The position numbers and the translations under genes were made by a program. A stretch of DNA of 64,000 nt from Haliotis rufescens (taxonomy: Eukaryota), in assembly GCF_023055435.1 (NCBI RefSeq), contig NW_025964353.1, positions 1,550,001-1,614,000 of the forward strand, written 5' to 3'. This document shows, piece after piece, positions 48,701 to 61,929 of this stretch. Every line of letters begins with the position of its first letter. Within the stretch, counting starts at the first letter, position 1. The notes under the pieces are model-generated. The model made no database searches. It was not told the origin of the DNA and was given only the letters and a program-made list of their open reading frames with translations.

Positions 48701-51700
48701 TGTGTGCATAGTACACGTATACAATGAGCTTTGATTTTGTTTCACAATGCAAAGACGTTATCTTGAGCACACAACACCGAAAGAAGCATGTGAACAAATC
48801 CGTACTGAAGTATGCAAGTTACTCCTATTATTACACTATCTGGCTATACAAGTGTTCATTGTGTATCTGGACTTAAGTTTGTAATCCAATATATTACTTT
48901 TCTCAAAGATTTCATTCAATTTTGTTTACATTAATTTCGGTGAAATTGTGTATGATCTGATCTGCAAATCACATCAACTAACCATGAATTCACCTTGAAA
49001 CAAAAATTAGTCGCAAGAGATACAAAGTTTTCAGTCTTCCTTTCAATTCTTGTGAAATTTGTTTTCAGTTTTGATATTGGCCATGACATTAAGTATGTTT
49101 TTAACTAAATCACCCATAGATAGGGGAGAAAATGTGTAAACAGCTGATTGCTATTACCAGATTATCTTATGAGACAAATACAAATGCCTCCTGTGTTACG
49201 ACACAACTCACCATGCCGTGATCATCTGGCATATGCTATGGGGCAGAATAACAAGTGGCATGTTTCATGTATGGTGATTAGGTATCTCTATGATATCCCC
49301 ACCTTACAATAGTTATCAGGGAACTATCATTAAAGCCCCAGTGTAAGTTGAATCTGTTTTTTTCTGTTAACAAGAACTCAAAAAGACCTTTCGAAAAATG
49401 TTTTTTCGTATCAGTGTTAGTGTCACTTGAGATAATGTTGAAAATGGCCACCTATATTATATTTTGATTAATATAGATTAATGATTTTCTTATATGAATT
49501 GTGACTGACTGTAAGGTTTATGTCATATATTCGATGCATGTAGGATATCTACGAGCCACAAGCAGGGGTGGCCCTGTCGTCCAAAACTCTACAATTTTCT
49601 GCCCTGAGTTGGCGAAATTGTGGGTTCAAATCCCACGTTTGCCTTGATAATGTTTCTAGGTTTGTCAGCACCATACCTGCAACACTTCTGGCTTTCCATC
49701 CACATCGTACAGACACGCAATGATATGACTGAAATACAGTAAATTGTGTTTATAACGAACATGGTAATAACACACTGACAGATATAACCAACTAATTTTT
49801 GGGTCCCAGCCAAGTGCTGAAAATATGTTGTATATATGCTTATAACGAACTACGGTTATAACAAACTAAAAGTAGTGGCCCCTTTGAGTTCATTATAACC
49901 ATAGTTTTCTGCAGTTTTTCAAAGCAGCGTTAAACCAAACTCACTCACTCAACAAGCCAGGTTTGCACCAGAAGTAACACATGAGTGATGGCTGTCACTG
50001 TATTAACCCCTGTACATGTTTTTGAATCGACCAGCACTGTTGTCACTCTGTTGTCACTCTGTTGTCACTCTGTTGTCTGTGTCTACACTGTTGTGGGTCT
50101 GTGTCTGTTGTTGAGTCTACTCTGAACATCAACCATTTCTCTGTCAGAAATAGCATTTGTAGTTTTGGAATAAGCTTTTTGAGTAAATGTGTGTCTGGTG
50201 ATGACGATCTTGTGTGAGTTGATGTACTTCTGACCTAGATGGGAACTGTACTACACATTTGAGTTACCAAGTCTTAATGAAAAAAGGACGTTGTTTTACT
50301 GTTGTTTTTCCAATCCTGACAGTCAACTATGTCCACAAGCAGGGTGTAATTTGTCAGTTATTAGACATGGTTGGTTCATCAGAGTATATGTTTTGTACAA
50401 AGTTAACTGTGTACACTTTGAAACTCTAAATTGATGTTCAAATACTGACATCACACTGGTCCTAAACCTCCTTGTTTGATAGTCTGGAAATCTAGTATCA
50501 GGGTGAGTTTGGCAGGAATATATATAGCAGGTTTCTACTGTGTCCTATCTTAAAGATGTTATTCATCAGTGGAGTAATTGTTGGATTCAATGTATAATCA
50601 TCGTGGAAATATTGACTTGTTTTGTTTGTATTGCAGTCGAGATGGTGAAGAAAAGCCCCAGGCAGCGGGGGCCGGGGATCACGAGGAGTAAAACGATGGA
50701 TGTTGTGAAAAATGGGTGAGGAAATTTAACAAACATGAAACATGTATGAAGATGGATGTTTGTCCAAGCGAGTTGAAATTGAGTGTAGTGTTTTACATTG
50801 AAAGGCTATTAATAGAGATTAGTGAGGTTTTGTATTGCTTACAATATCAACTTGAAATACAATGAATGGTTTCATTCATACTTAATTTGGGAATCTTAAA
50901 AATGAGAAGCAAATATTTTGACCACTACACTTCCTCGCCCATGAACTAAAATTAGTGGCCCCTTTGAGTTTGTTATAACTGTAGTTTGCTGTACTGTTCA
51001 AAGCAGCGTTAAACCAAACTCACTCACTCACTCAACAAGCCAGGTGTGCACTAGAAGTAACATGTGAGTGATGGCTGTCACTGTATTAACTGACTCTAGT
51101 GTTGTTCAACATCGAATGAAGAACATTGTATGTATATAGATTATGAGTAGATCAGATGATGTCAGATGTGCTGTATGAGCCTTTGCAAGATTCCAAAACC
51201 AAGATTTTGGTCCTTTGTCTTTTCAGTCAGTCAGTAAACTTGTTTCTTTTCTAATGTTTAGACTGGTCAATGGTCAGTTGTCACCACGTCAGGAAGTTGT
51301 TCCAGAACTACCACCTAGTCGCCCTCTGACCCCAACTGAGCAGATGGACATAATGCGGGCCATAGAGGAAGAGGAAGCTCAGCTGTCCGGAGAACCCAAT
51401 GAAAGAGACCTCGAGGTGCGACCATCCTGTGTTGGCTAGCCATTGCCCTATATTGTTTCATCGTTTTAGTCCAGCATTGAAATTGTCACCATATTGATTA
51501 CTCATGTAAAAAGACATCATCATTTAAACATGTCAAAGCTCTTATAATTAGTTTTGCATTACCGGTTAAGCAATAATGTCTTTTATCCCCAGTAACCCAT
51601 TTTGTGGCGGGTATTAAAATGGACACTGTCTGTCTGTGCAAGATTTTCCTTGCAGATCTTGAAAACCGAAAAATATTTCTTCACCTAACCTGGTACATAG

Positions 51701-54700
51701 ACAGGTCTGTTGGTGAACTGGGTGCCGTTGTACAAAGCGGTCTTAGCGCTAACTCCCATACCGTCACATAGACTTATGAGAGTCTTAGCACTAAGGTTGT
51801 TTTGTACAATGGCACCCTGGTGCCTTTTGAAGGTTTGGGAGTTTTGGAATTTTTTTTTGAGTTTGCATGGCAACAACTTTGACTTAGACTGAAAATGGTG
51901 GTAATGCTCATTTCTGGAGCAGATCTTGAAAACCATACGCTATATTTTCTCCAAGCTTGGTACATTGATAGTACAGTGGTGAACTAGTGCCTTTCTTATG
52001 TTTTGGGATTTTTGAAAAAAAAATTTTTTCCAACTTTAACTTAGATTGAAACTATAATAGTGAAAGCTAAAAATACTACAGAAATACACTCATCCAAAAT
52101 ATTTTTAACCAAATTGGAATCCCAGATTAGTTAAAAGTATTTTGGATGAGTTTATAGTTGTAATTGAATAAAACTTTAAAATCACATTGCTGTGATGGCA
52201 AGGATTGAAATGTAAGAACCACGGATAAATTACAAAAGTGTTTACAAAAATGCAAAGAAGTAACATTTATTTAGCTTTGTTTACTTTGTCATACATCATC
52301 ACAAACACTCCAAAACATGTAATGCTTGAGTGGAACAATCTTGAGTCAACAACAGCTCATGATAATACTCTGTACTCCAAACAATTATTTGTAAAAAAAA
52401 TTGACATTGCACACTTACACACACACATACACACTACATCTGTCTGTAAGAAGTCACAGCATTATACCCATGGAGATCTGGGCTAGCATTGTTCTTCTAG
52501 TAAGAACTGACTAATAGGATCGGTGACTTGGTTGATGCATGTCATCGTATATCAGTTGTGTACATCGATGCTCATAATGTTAATCACTGTCTGGTCCAGA
52601 CCCGATTATTTACAGACTGCCATTTTATAGCTGGAATATTGCTGAACGCAGCTTTAAACAACAAAGAAACAAACACAGCATTATAGTGCAGCAACCCTGC
52701 TTTTGATTCCAGCGTTACTACTACTACATCAACAAAGGTATCCGTAGAGAGATGCTGGCACCCCAGTCTCACACCCAGGTTAAGAATATCCAGCGCCTTG
52801 TCCCCTCTCATCTCATCTCCAGTTGGGAACATGAGACCCTCAACCAGTTGCTGCTGCAGGAGATAGATACAGGCTATGAGATGAGCATCAGGAAGTCAAT
52901 AGGTGGGAGGAGAACTTATCTTACAGCTCATCGTGTGATTCATGTCAATCCTTATGCTTAGGATGTGTTTCATTGTCAAGATAGATAGCCATGCAAGAAC
53001 CACAGAATGATTCCTCCTACTCCTGTACACACTTGATGGTAAAGCTAGATTCTTGCATGACATATGCAGGTGGATCAATATATTTGAACACATCAACATC
53101 TCAGAAGAATTAATGTTAACTTCTGCTTTTTTCCATAAAATTCTCAATATTTACCTGCATATTATTCATCAACTATATAAAAATGGAAACTTCACTTCGC
53201 TCGAAGGATACTTTTACATAGGTAGATTGTGTGAAGCAAGTGTGTAATATATTCCCTGCAACGGTTTCCATATTTATGTCCATTAGTATATTAGCTGTGT
53301 TCATCATGCAGATTTGCTGCACATACAGTTAATGTTCAGTGTGGTAGGTTATCATGATGGCGGTGTTGTGTTACAGTTGACTACGTCCTGAAGGACCAAG
53401 ATGAGAGAGACAGACTACACATCGCCTGGACACCCAAACCCTTCCCCCTGAGGTAAACATGATGCCACCTGCTAATGCAAGCCTAAATACATTATAATAA
53501 TTAATAATTCTCATGTTCTATGGAAAAGATGCAAGATGCATGACTGATCAACACTGTGATGTTTCTGGGTTTCTTAAAGTATGGGAGTTATGATCACCTA
53601 AGGGCTATGGTCGCTTTGTGGAACAGGACCCAGTTCCCTAGCATTCCGTGCTGGTCGTAAGATGTGTCGAAATGGATTATGTGGTCAGCCTTAGGAGTTT
53701 ATTGATTGTTTGTCATCATACCCCGATGGCGTGGATCGTTGCTCACAATATCAATCACTGGATTGTCTGGTCCAGACTCAATTATTTCCAGGTCACTGTC
53801 ATATAGGAATATTGCTGATTGCAGCGTTACACAACACACACATGGCTGATCAGCAGTCTTTATTCCAACTCCATAGAGATTTGGGATTGTACAAAATTTA
53901 CTGTAACAATTTGAGTCATAGCATAATTGTGCTTGTGTTTAGAGTTTGGTTCATCCTGATAATTTGCTATTTGTGACATTGTTATGTCAGGTGTTGACAG
54001 TATGTTGCCGTTGTGTTCATGCCTGGTCAAGCTGTACAGATAGTTGGATCCTTGAGATGGAGGTCTGAGCTGTGATTGTGTTGCAGGTTGATACGAGCGC
54101 CCGTCCCCTGGCATCAGTCGTACCACCAGGCCCATAACTTCAACCTCAACCACCTCTTCATCACCAACTCCATCATGCATGACCTGCAGAACATCTGGTT
54201 TGACCAGTAAGTAGAGCATCTTTCAGTAAAAACGGGCCAGTGGGATCGCCAAGTGGTTAAAGCGTTCGCTCGTCACGCCAAAAGCCCAGGTTCGATTCCC
54301 GACATGGGTACATTGTGTGAAGCTCATTTCTGGTGTCCCCCGCCATGATAATGCTGGAATATTGCTAAAAGCANNNNNNNNNNNNNNNNNNNNNNNNNNN
54401 NNNNNNNNNNNNNNNNNNNNNNNNNNNNNNNNNNNNNNNNNNNNNNNNNNNNNNNNNNNNNNNNNNNNNNNNNNNNNNNNNNNNNNNNNNNNNNNNNNNN
54501 NNNNNNNNNNNNNNNNNNNNNNNNNNNNNNNNNNNNNNNNNNNNNNNNNNNNNNNNNNNNNNNNNTTACTTCTTGGATGTTTTCTAAGGTTCAGCCATCT
54601 GCGGTTCATCAACTTGAAGGAACTGTTGGCGTCCGACCTGCCCCTGTTGCCTGCTGAGTTTGAATCTCTGGTCAAGAAACAATGCTGGGATGCTCATGAA

Positions 54701-57700
54701 GTTCTCAGGAAGAGGTGAGGATTTCGGGACCTTTGTACAGATGCAATCTTTCAACAATTCATGTTAGATAAAGCAAGGGTCATCTTGGTATTTCAGACCA
54801 GCAGAATGGCTGCAGTGCAGTGTTAAATCTCTCTTTTATCTATTGGCTGTTTCAGCTGGATTCCAACATGTGCAAAGGTGTTCTTTGAGAAGACGGACCT
54901 ATGGCAGGATCTGGTTCCCCCCAATGACACAGACTCCACTGAGATGATCCAGGAGTTCTTCCGCTGTGTCGCTGCCGTCATGTCTATCCACCTCCGCAGC
55001 ATGGTCATCAACTCACTTGCAGACTTCCTGGAGTTCTTCCAGATACACAAGGTCTGGATTGTTGGCAGCTACAAAGTTGACCCTGCTAAGACATATAATT
55101 ATCTAGGGGGAACATTGGTGGCCAAGTTGTCTAAGGCGCCAGAATTCCCTGTGCAGGGTTGTGTCCCTTAGCCATGGATCGATGATCATGATGTCAATCA
55201 CTGGATTGTCTGGTCCAGACTCGATTATTTACAGACCGCCGTCATGTAGCTGGAATATTGCTGAGTGCGGGGTTAAACAACAATAAAAGAAATAAAAGGA
55301 AAAGATATCCCAATGACCACCTGGTGTCTGTTATGCAGTGTGTATAGATGAGTTCCCCATGACCACCTGGTGTCTGTTATGCAGTGTGTGTTGATGAGTT
55401 CCCCATGACCACCTGGAGTCTGTTATGCAATGTGTGTTGACGAGTTCCTCATGACCACCAGGTGTCTGTTATGCAGTGTGTATAGATGAGTTCCCCATGA
55501 CCACCTGGTGTCTGTTCACCTGGTGTCTGTTCACCTGGTGTCTGTTATGCAATGTGTGTTGATGAATTCCCCATGACCACCAGGTGTCTGTTATGCAATG
55601 TGTGTTGATGAGTTCCCCATGACCACCTGGTGTCTGTTATGCAATGTGTGTTGATGAGTTCCCCATGACGACCTGGTGTCTGTTATGCAATGTGTGTTGA
55701 TGAGTTCCCCATGACCACCTGGTGTCTGTTATGCAGTGTGTGTCGATGAGTTCCCCATGACCACCTGGTGTCTGTTATGCAGTGTGTGTTGATGAGTTCC
55801 CCATGACCACCTGGTGTCTGTTATGCAATGTGTGTTGATGAGTTCCCCATGACCACCAGGTGTCTGTTATGCAGTGTGTGTTGATGAGTTCCCCATGACC
55901 ACCAGGTGTCTGTTATGCAGTGTGTGTTGATGAGTTCCCCATGACCACCTGGTGTCTTTTATGCAATGTGTGTTGATGAGTTCCCCATGACCACCTGTTG
56001 CCTGTTATGCAATGTGTGTTGATGAGTTCCCCATGACCACCTGGTGTCTGTTATGCAGTGTGTGTTGATGAGTTCCCCATGACCACCTGGTGTCTGTTAT
56101 GCAATGTGTGTTGATGAGTTCCCCATGACCACCTGGTGTCTGTTATGCAATGTGTGTTGATGAGTTCCCCATGACCACCTGGTGCCTGTTATGCAATGTG
56201 TGTTGATGAGTTCCCCATGACCACCTGGTGTCTGTTCTGCAGTGTGTGTTGATGAGTTCCCCATGACCACCTGGTGTCTGTTATGTGCATGATCTGTGTG
56301 CTAGGTGGGCAACGACTTCGGTGAGGAGTTTGACGAGCTGCAGTACGTCATGCCGCAGATCATGATCATCAAGTTGAGGGTGGAGGACCCAAAGATTGTG
56401 TTTGACCCGCCCTTCAGGGAGATCAGAGACATCATTCTGAAGTGTTTCTCCGAGATCATTGCCAGTGGAGAGGGACTATCAAGGGTATGGGTTATATCTT
56501 AAAACAATGAAAAGTGTCTGCTGTTATTTTGATGTTTTGTAAAATGTATCTGTGTTGTGTAAGTCCGATGTTCCAGCAGTGTAAAGTGTGGAATCTCATC
56601 CTGAAGTTGCTTGAAATCAGGTCCTCTCAAATTGTAGCAGAAGGCTGATATTTAGGAGAGTTAAATGCCATGTTAATTCTAACATTATTGACCTGCTTTG
56701 AGTTTTAATAAGAGACAATTTCAGCAACATATAACGCTATTCCTGGCTGCAGGTTGAAACGGAACTGTTCCCTGATATGAGAGGACAGCGCCTACTCTTG
56801 AGGTCAGTGAAAATCGAGGAGACACTGTTCACAGACTACGTTGATAAGGCCATGGAGATCTTCAAGGATAACACAGTGGGACCACAGAAGTAAGTGTGCT
56901 TTCTACTTTAGCTCACCTGGCCCCTGTTCCACAAAGTGCAACGACTTTCGTAAGTCAATGTTAAAGTATGGGAGTTACGGTCATCATAGCACTGTGACCG
57001 CTTTGTGGAATGGGGCCTGGGGCCATAAACACCAGACTGAGCTTACATCTCACCTTCAGCACCACATATATATGCTTTCTGACTCATAGCATTGATTCAC
57101 CTGATTTAGGAGTAAGCATATACTCTGAAGCGTTGTGTTCTTCATAATAAAGAAGTTGACATGCATAAATTCTCTTCCTTGATGTACCAGTTGTTATTTA
57201 TGGTCTACTTTATTGCAGATACTTGAACATCTACAAGAAATATTCAGACCTGCTCAACAACAAAGCTGATCAAGATGTGTCTACCTTCCTCCGAGAAAAA
57301 CATTCCATACAAGCTTTCAAGAAGGTAGGAAAACTTTTTTTATGTTCTTCAGCACTGCTAGTTATCACTCAAACAGTAATTATTATTGTTATAATTCTTA
57401 AAATATTTTTTTTACTGTAATCCAGTTATATGACAATGGCCTGTTAATATTGATTGTGGCCCAGACAAACTAGTGATTGATATTGTGAGCAGCAATCCAC
57501 AGACCCAGGTTCGATTCCCCACATGGGTAAATTGTGTGAAGCCCATTTTTGGTATCCCACACCATGATAATGCTGGAATATTTCTAAAACCAAACTCACT
57601 CACTATTAATAATAATAATGACCTTTTTTGACAGAAAATCACAGGTTACCAGGATCTGAAGGATGAGATTGCTCTGCTGCGAATCACTGTCCCGCTCAGC

Positions 57701-60700
57701 ATGTTCTGTCTCGACTGTGTTCAGCTAAACACAGAGCTGTGTCACAGGGCACAGAGACTGAAGGAAAGACTCATTGTATTCGAGGTCGATGAGAACAGAG
57801 AGCTGAACAGAGCGTGAGTTCACATACAGAGAGATAACATTGTGGTGCAAGGGAGATAATCACGTCATGTCCTCCATCCAGATAGTGTAATGCACACTAC
57901 AACTTACCCTCAAAACCACATTCTGACTGTAGTATAATTATCCTATTACTGATAAGGGTAGCTAAAACAGTTGCAAAATTGGCAACGATTGTGGTTAGTT
58001 GAATCAAGAGATTTTCGGTTTTATATAATGATTATCGAAATTGAAAAAGAAAATACTGTTTAATAGTGTGTCAATAATTGGAGTACTTGTAGGTCAAAGC
58101 AAACTGAATTATACTTCATATATTGTTTGGCATATGTGGATTATATCATTGAGAAATTGTTAAATGTTGATTTTATGGAAATATTGGGCATTCTCTATCA
58201 CTGACTGTTATTGCAGCATCTGTCGGCGGTATGATGAGATGGCTGATAGAGTGAGTGAGATTCCCGAGACCACACAGGAGCTGGTTGAAACACAGGAGTT
58301 CCTCAAGACTGTGAGTTCAATAGTCACTCTATTTGTGTCATGTGTTTTACCTTAATACTGATCAGTGCTGGTCCCTGTTGCCAAATTGTATCAGAAACTA
58401 ATATCACTAACCTCAGGGGTGTCACATCATAAGTTGTCAGTCAATTAGAACAGCCTGTCTTTAACAGCAGGCTCAATTCTAAACAAAGCAAGCCCTGAGT
58501 AATACTGTTTTGTTTGATTTTCCAGCCATTCATTTTTTAGAGATACAATTACATTTGGGAATTATCTATTTCATGTTACTCAAATTATGTCAGTTCTTGT
58601 TGCGAACAGATTGTTCCAGAAAAGGAACAGTGCTCACATCTTGATTATTGCAATGTAATATCATGAACATTTATTAAGTCTTCGTTCTACAAGAAGTAAT
58701 GACCTTTACAGTTTTTGTTGTTGGTATGTTGGTATTTAGTAGTTTCCTTCAAAGCATGCAGGTCAAGTTGGAAGTTGATCTCCACAGTCGTGTAATCAGC
58801 TGACAATTTATGTTTCAGTCTACGGAGGTTACGGTGTACAAGCTGAAGGATGAGATTGATGAGTCTGCCAATAGGCTGATGTTCCTCCTGGACTACGCCA
58901 TCTTCCCCTGTAAGTCGTGACGGCAAACTGTACTCACTCACTCTCTTACTGTCTGTGTCTGATAGACATGGTCTCCCAGTCTGGCAATATTTCAGCTGAA
59001 TCACATTGGCCATCTTCTTGAGGCAAGGGTGTTAATCTATGCATAGTCCAATCAAAATCGAATAACGAACTAGACATCCGGTTCGCTAACAACATGGATT
59101 TCAACGCAAGATTTCGGTCGACTGCAGGATTTGCAAAGCATGTGAGCTATATATTGGCTGTCAACAGATATTTTCCAAATCTTTTCATGTTTTTAATCAA
59201 GGTGCTCAATTCATTTGATGCACTTCATGGGTTTCATAACAAAAAAGAAGATCTTGATTATCGATCAGATTGTCTTGACTGGGCGCCGCCATTTTGTATG
59301 AATCAAATGCAAGTAATATGAGAGGAGGTGGAATCTCATTGGTCAATAGGAGGGACATAGAAGAGACATAACCTGTAATTTGCACTGGTGGTGCTACAAT
59401 TAAACCACGAAATTGCAGCCCAGTTCGGCAAGGGTGGAAACAGCAAGATGCAGGGCATTGAATTAAACCTGGACCAGGAACAGTAGTAGTCGACAGCATG
59501 AGCATAAATCCATTCTTTAGGTTATTATGACACACAAACACAGCCACAGTTTGTAACCATACAATCCACCTGCGATCGAACAAATCCATTCTTTAGGTTA
59601 TTATGACACACAAACACAGCCACAGTTTGTAACCATACAATCCACTTGCGATCCCATTAGGGAGTTATGAGGCTGTAAATGAAACATTATGGTAGAATGT
59701 TCATTATAATTGTATTCTTTTGATAACATACTACTTTGAACATTTTGTATTGTTGGAAAACTCTTCCCCTGTGTAATTCTCCTTAGTCGGCTTCTGTGTG
59801 ATGGTATACCAATGTATCTGTGATGTATTCCAGTTGAGGATATCAAGCTGAACAGCACTGTATTCCACTGGCCGGACCACATCCGTACAGTGTTTGAGTT
59901 GAGCCAGAACCGCATCGTCAACAAGCGGGACACCATCGAGGATCACCTCCGCAAGAGGGTGTCCGACTACGAGGACCGACTGAATGGCTACTACAAAGAG
60001 GTCGAGTCCTTCAGGAAGAAGGAGGTAGGTCACGTAGCATCAGTACCATAGGGACTTGCTTCATCACTCACAGGGAGCCTGCTGTATAACATTAGTTATA
60101 CAGGCAACCTGTGACTTCACATAATATAGTCTTGAACCAGAGTCCAATGAATTGTCTTTCAGTGTGTAGCTTATTCAATGTCAAGACGAAGATTTAGCAA
60201 AACTTATTTCAGCCGACCCATTGGGACTTTTCTGTATATGATGACTATAGAGCATGTCATTGTTATGATCTTAACAAGATAATGTCTTGTTAAAAAAACT
60301 CCTTGTGTGGAAATTAGACAGTTTCAGTTTTATTGTATTGGCTCTTTATTTTGTTAAAGTTGGTCAGAGTTTAAATGTTTCTAATCTACATGCTCTCTTG
60401 AGCCATAGATGTAAGAAAACCAATATATACATGTAGCTGTGTAGATTGTTTAGAAGAGTGTAGTAAGCATTTAGAATTAGCACATAGTATATGATCATTG
60501 ATAGAAATTTACGAAGACAGTCTACTAGCCCGAATAGTGATAACCTATAGCAGTACCCCCACAAATGTTTGCAATCCTACTTGCCCTTAGGATACCTTTA
60601 ACATTAACAAAACTGGTCCGGGTTATCTGGCTAGTGCTAATTTCAGTCCTTGATAATAGGTTAAGTGATGTGAATTCCAATGTCCAGATCATGAGCCCTG

Positions 60701-61913
60701 ACGAGATGAAGAACAACACGGAGCTACTGGCACGCATCACGGCCGACCTGGAGAAGGCCCGGGAAGATCTGGATGGCATCAACGAGGAAGAACGCCTCCT
60801 GGAGTGGGAGCAGAGTGCGTTCCCCATTCTGCATCAGATGTTCCAGATGAAAGAACCTTACGAGAAACTGTGGAACACAGCGTACAACTTCACTCAGCGC
60901 CATGACACCTGGACGCACGGTATGGAACCCCTGGCATTACATGCACTACTGTCAGGCTTACAGACTTGTAGTGGGAATCCGACATGTTATGTTTAATAAT
61001 GTAAATACTTTCCTCTTTTTATAATGCACAGTGCTGTATTTAACTCAATGGTTCCAAAGAAATAAATACTTACTGTGAATTGTTGCCATAATGGCTGCAA
61101 CTGCCTCCATGGCCTTGCGGGTACAGCATCCCCTGTAGGTCATAGGTTAGATTCCCGTCCGTGTCACAACAAAAGACATTAAAAGATGGTACTTGTTGTT
61201 ACCTGCCTGGCACTCAGCATTAAGGTGCTAAACCAAAGACTTGGAGTCAGTATACAGTGTCTTGGGTATTCATGTTAAACTGCGGCATGGTTTGTCATTG
61301 GGCTGGCACTATGAAACTGGCATTAGTCCGTACACTCTCTCTCAACCTTGAATGCGACATAAACCCCACTTTACCTTGATTAGTAAATCATGGATATATA
61401 CAGACAAGTACGTTTATAACGAACTGACGGATATAACAAACTGATTTTTTTGTCCCGACTATTTGCTATAGTTATGCTGTATATATGCTTATAACGAACT
61501 ACGGTTATAACAAACTAAAGTTAGTGGTCCCTTCGAGTTCGTTATAACCGTAGTTTACTGTAGTCACTTAAATTGTACAATAGCTTTCAACTCAGTATTA
61601 GTCTGGATGATGGAGTGTCTGGACTAAGGTTGGTTTAGTGTTTTGTCAAATGATGTTGCTGTTCCTACTGTCAGCTACACGTGTCACATGTCTTGTTTCA
61701 GGTTCATTCATGGACCTTAATGCTGAAAACATCGACAGTGAGGTCAGCGATATGTGGCGTTCTATGTACAAACTGACCAAGACCTTCAACGACCAGGCTG
61801 GCCCACGCCGAGTTGCAGATAGTGTGAAGGGCAAGATTGACAAGTTCAAACAACACTTGCCTATCCTCCACACCATCTGCAACCCTGGCATCCGGGACCG
61901 GCATTGGGATATG
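45749..61913 (+). CDS. DNAH3: axonemal dynein heavy chain 3, N-terminal ~899 codons (gene continues beyond the window)
   Basis: Exons 45749-45769, 47073-47171, 47516-47699, 48237-48266 (tentative), 50637-50715, 51262-51415, 52713-52902, 53377-53452, 54087-54206, 54589-54714, 54856-55051, 56305-56484, 56753-56889, 57219-57324, 57635-57813, 58217-58310, 58819-58909, 59834-60024, 60688-60919 and 61702-61913 are all phase-compatible. PSDLYQ...PPLMKGTSWTLAAPFKEQKYHRSPSESIANNY recalls the DNAH3 N-terminus; ICNPGIRDRHW is the DHC_N2 stem motif. Confidence 0.88.
49563..49950 (+). mobile_element. SINE family D copy interrupted by a CAGT-ended MITE
   Basis: D head and body at 49563-49735, MITE at ~49737-49911, D tail GCAGCGTTAAACCAAACTCACTC. 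Confidence 0.65.
51580..52050 (+). mobile_element. Helentron/HINE-like element with internal repeats and a nested MITE
   Basis: TTTTATCCCC...GCGGGTATTAAAAT, a (GTCT)n run, then two copies of GCAGATCTTGAAAACC...TGGTACAT...GGTGAACT; palindromic MITE inserted at 51716-51818. Confidence 0.5.
52467..52675 (+). mobile_element. family B copy, diverged
   Basis: GACTTGGTTGATGCATGTCATCG...CCAGACCCGATTATTTACAGAC...GCTGGAATATTGCTGA. Confidence 0.7.
53640..53840 (+). mobile_element. family B copy, diverged
   Basis: GTCGTAAGA...CAATCACTGGATTGTCTGGTCCAGACTC...GGAATATTGCTGA. Confidence 0.65.
54232..54373 (+). mobile_element. SINE family A copy running into the assembly gap
   Basis: GGTTCGATTCCC...GCTGGAATATTGCTAAAAGC followed by Ns. 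Confidence 0.8.
54374..54565. other. assembly gap (Ns)
   Basis: Run of N within a DNAH3 intron; the flanking exons remain phase-compatible. Confidence 1.
55107..55283 (+). mobile_element. chimera of a family D head and a family B 3' half
   Basis: GGTGGCCAAGTTGTCTAAGGCGCCAGA...GTCCCTT is joined to GGATCGATG...CCAGACTCGATTATTTACAGACCGCCGTC. Confidence 0.7.
55310..56285 (+). repeat. 46-bp minisatellite (~21 copies) in a DNAH3 intron
   Basis: Unit CCCCATGACCACCTGGTGTCTGTTATGCA(A/G)TGTGTGTTGATGAGTT. Confidence 0.95.
56918..57020. mobile_element. same ~100-bp palindromic MITE
   Basis: GGCCCCTGTTCCACAAAG...CTTTGTGGAATGGGGCC. Confidence 0.65.
57420..57603. mobile_element. degenerate family B fragment (minus) fused to a SINE A fragment (plus)
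   Basis: CCAGACAAACTAGTGATTGATATTGTGAGC followed by GACCCAGGTTCGATTCCCCACATGGGTA...ACTCACTCACT. Confidence 0.65.
59506..59653 (+). repeat. ~76-bp tandem duplication
   Basis: AAATCCATTCTTTAGGTTATTATGACACACAAACACAGCCACAGTTTGTAACCATACAATCCAC occurs twice. Confidence 0.9.
61100..61378 (+). mobile_element. SINE family C copy, diverged
   Basis: CAAAAGACATTAAAAGATGGTACTTGTTGTTACCTGCCTGGCACTCAGCATTAAGG. Confidence 0.7.
61400..61560. mobile_element. MITE of the 40839 family
   Basis: Ends GTTCGTTATAACCGTAGTTTACTG|TA. Confidence 0.7.
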
Positions 61914-61929
61914 GTGAGTGCCAAAATGT

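Noticed and set aside
54223-54718. Long ORFs spanning the N run
   Set aside because: Artefacts of the assembly gap; only 54589-54714 is a real exon.
55310-56285. CRISPR-like array
   Set aside because: The units are contiguous with no unique spacers, the context is a eukaryotic intron, and there are no cas genes; it is a minisatellite.
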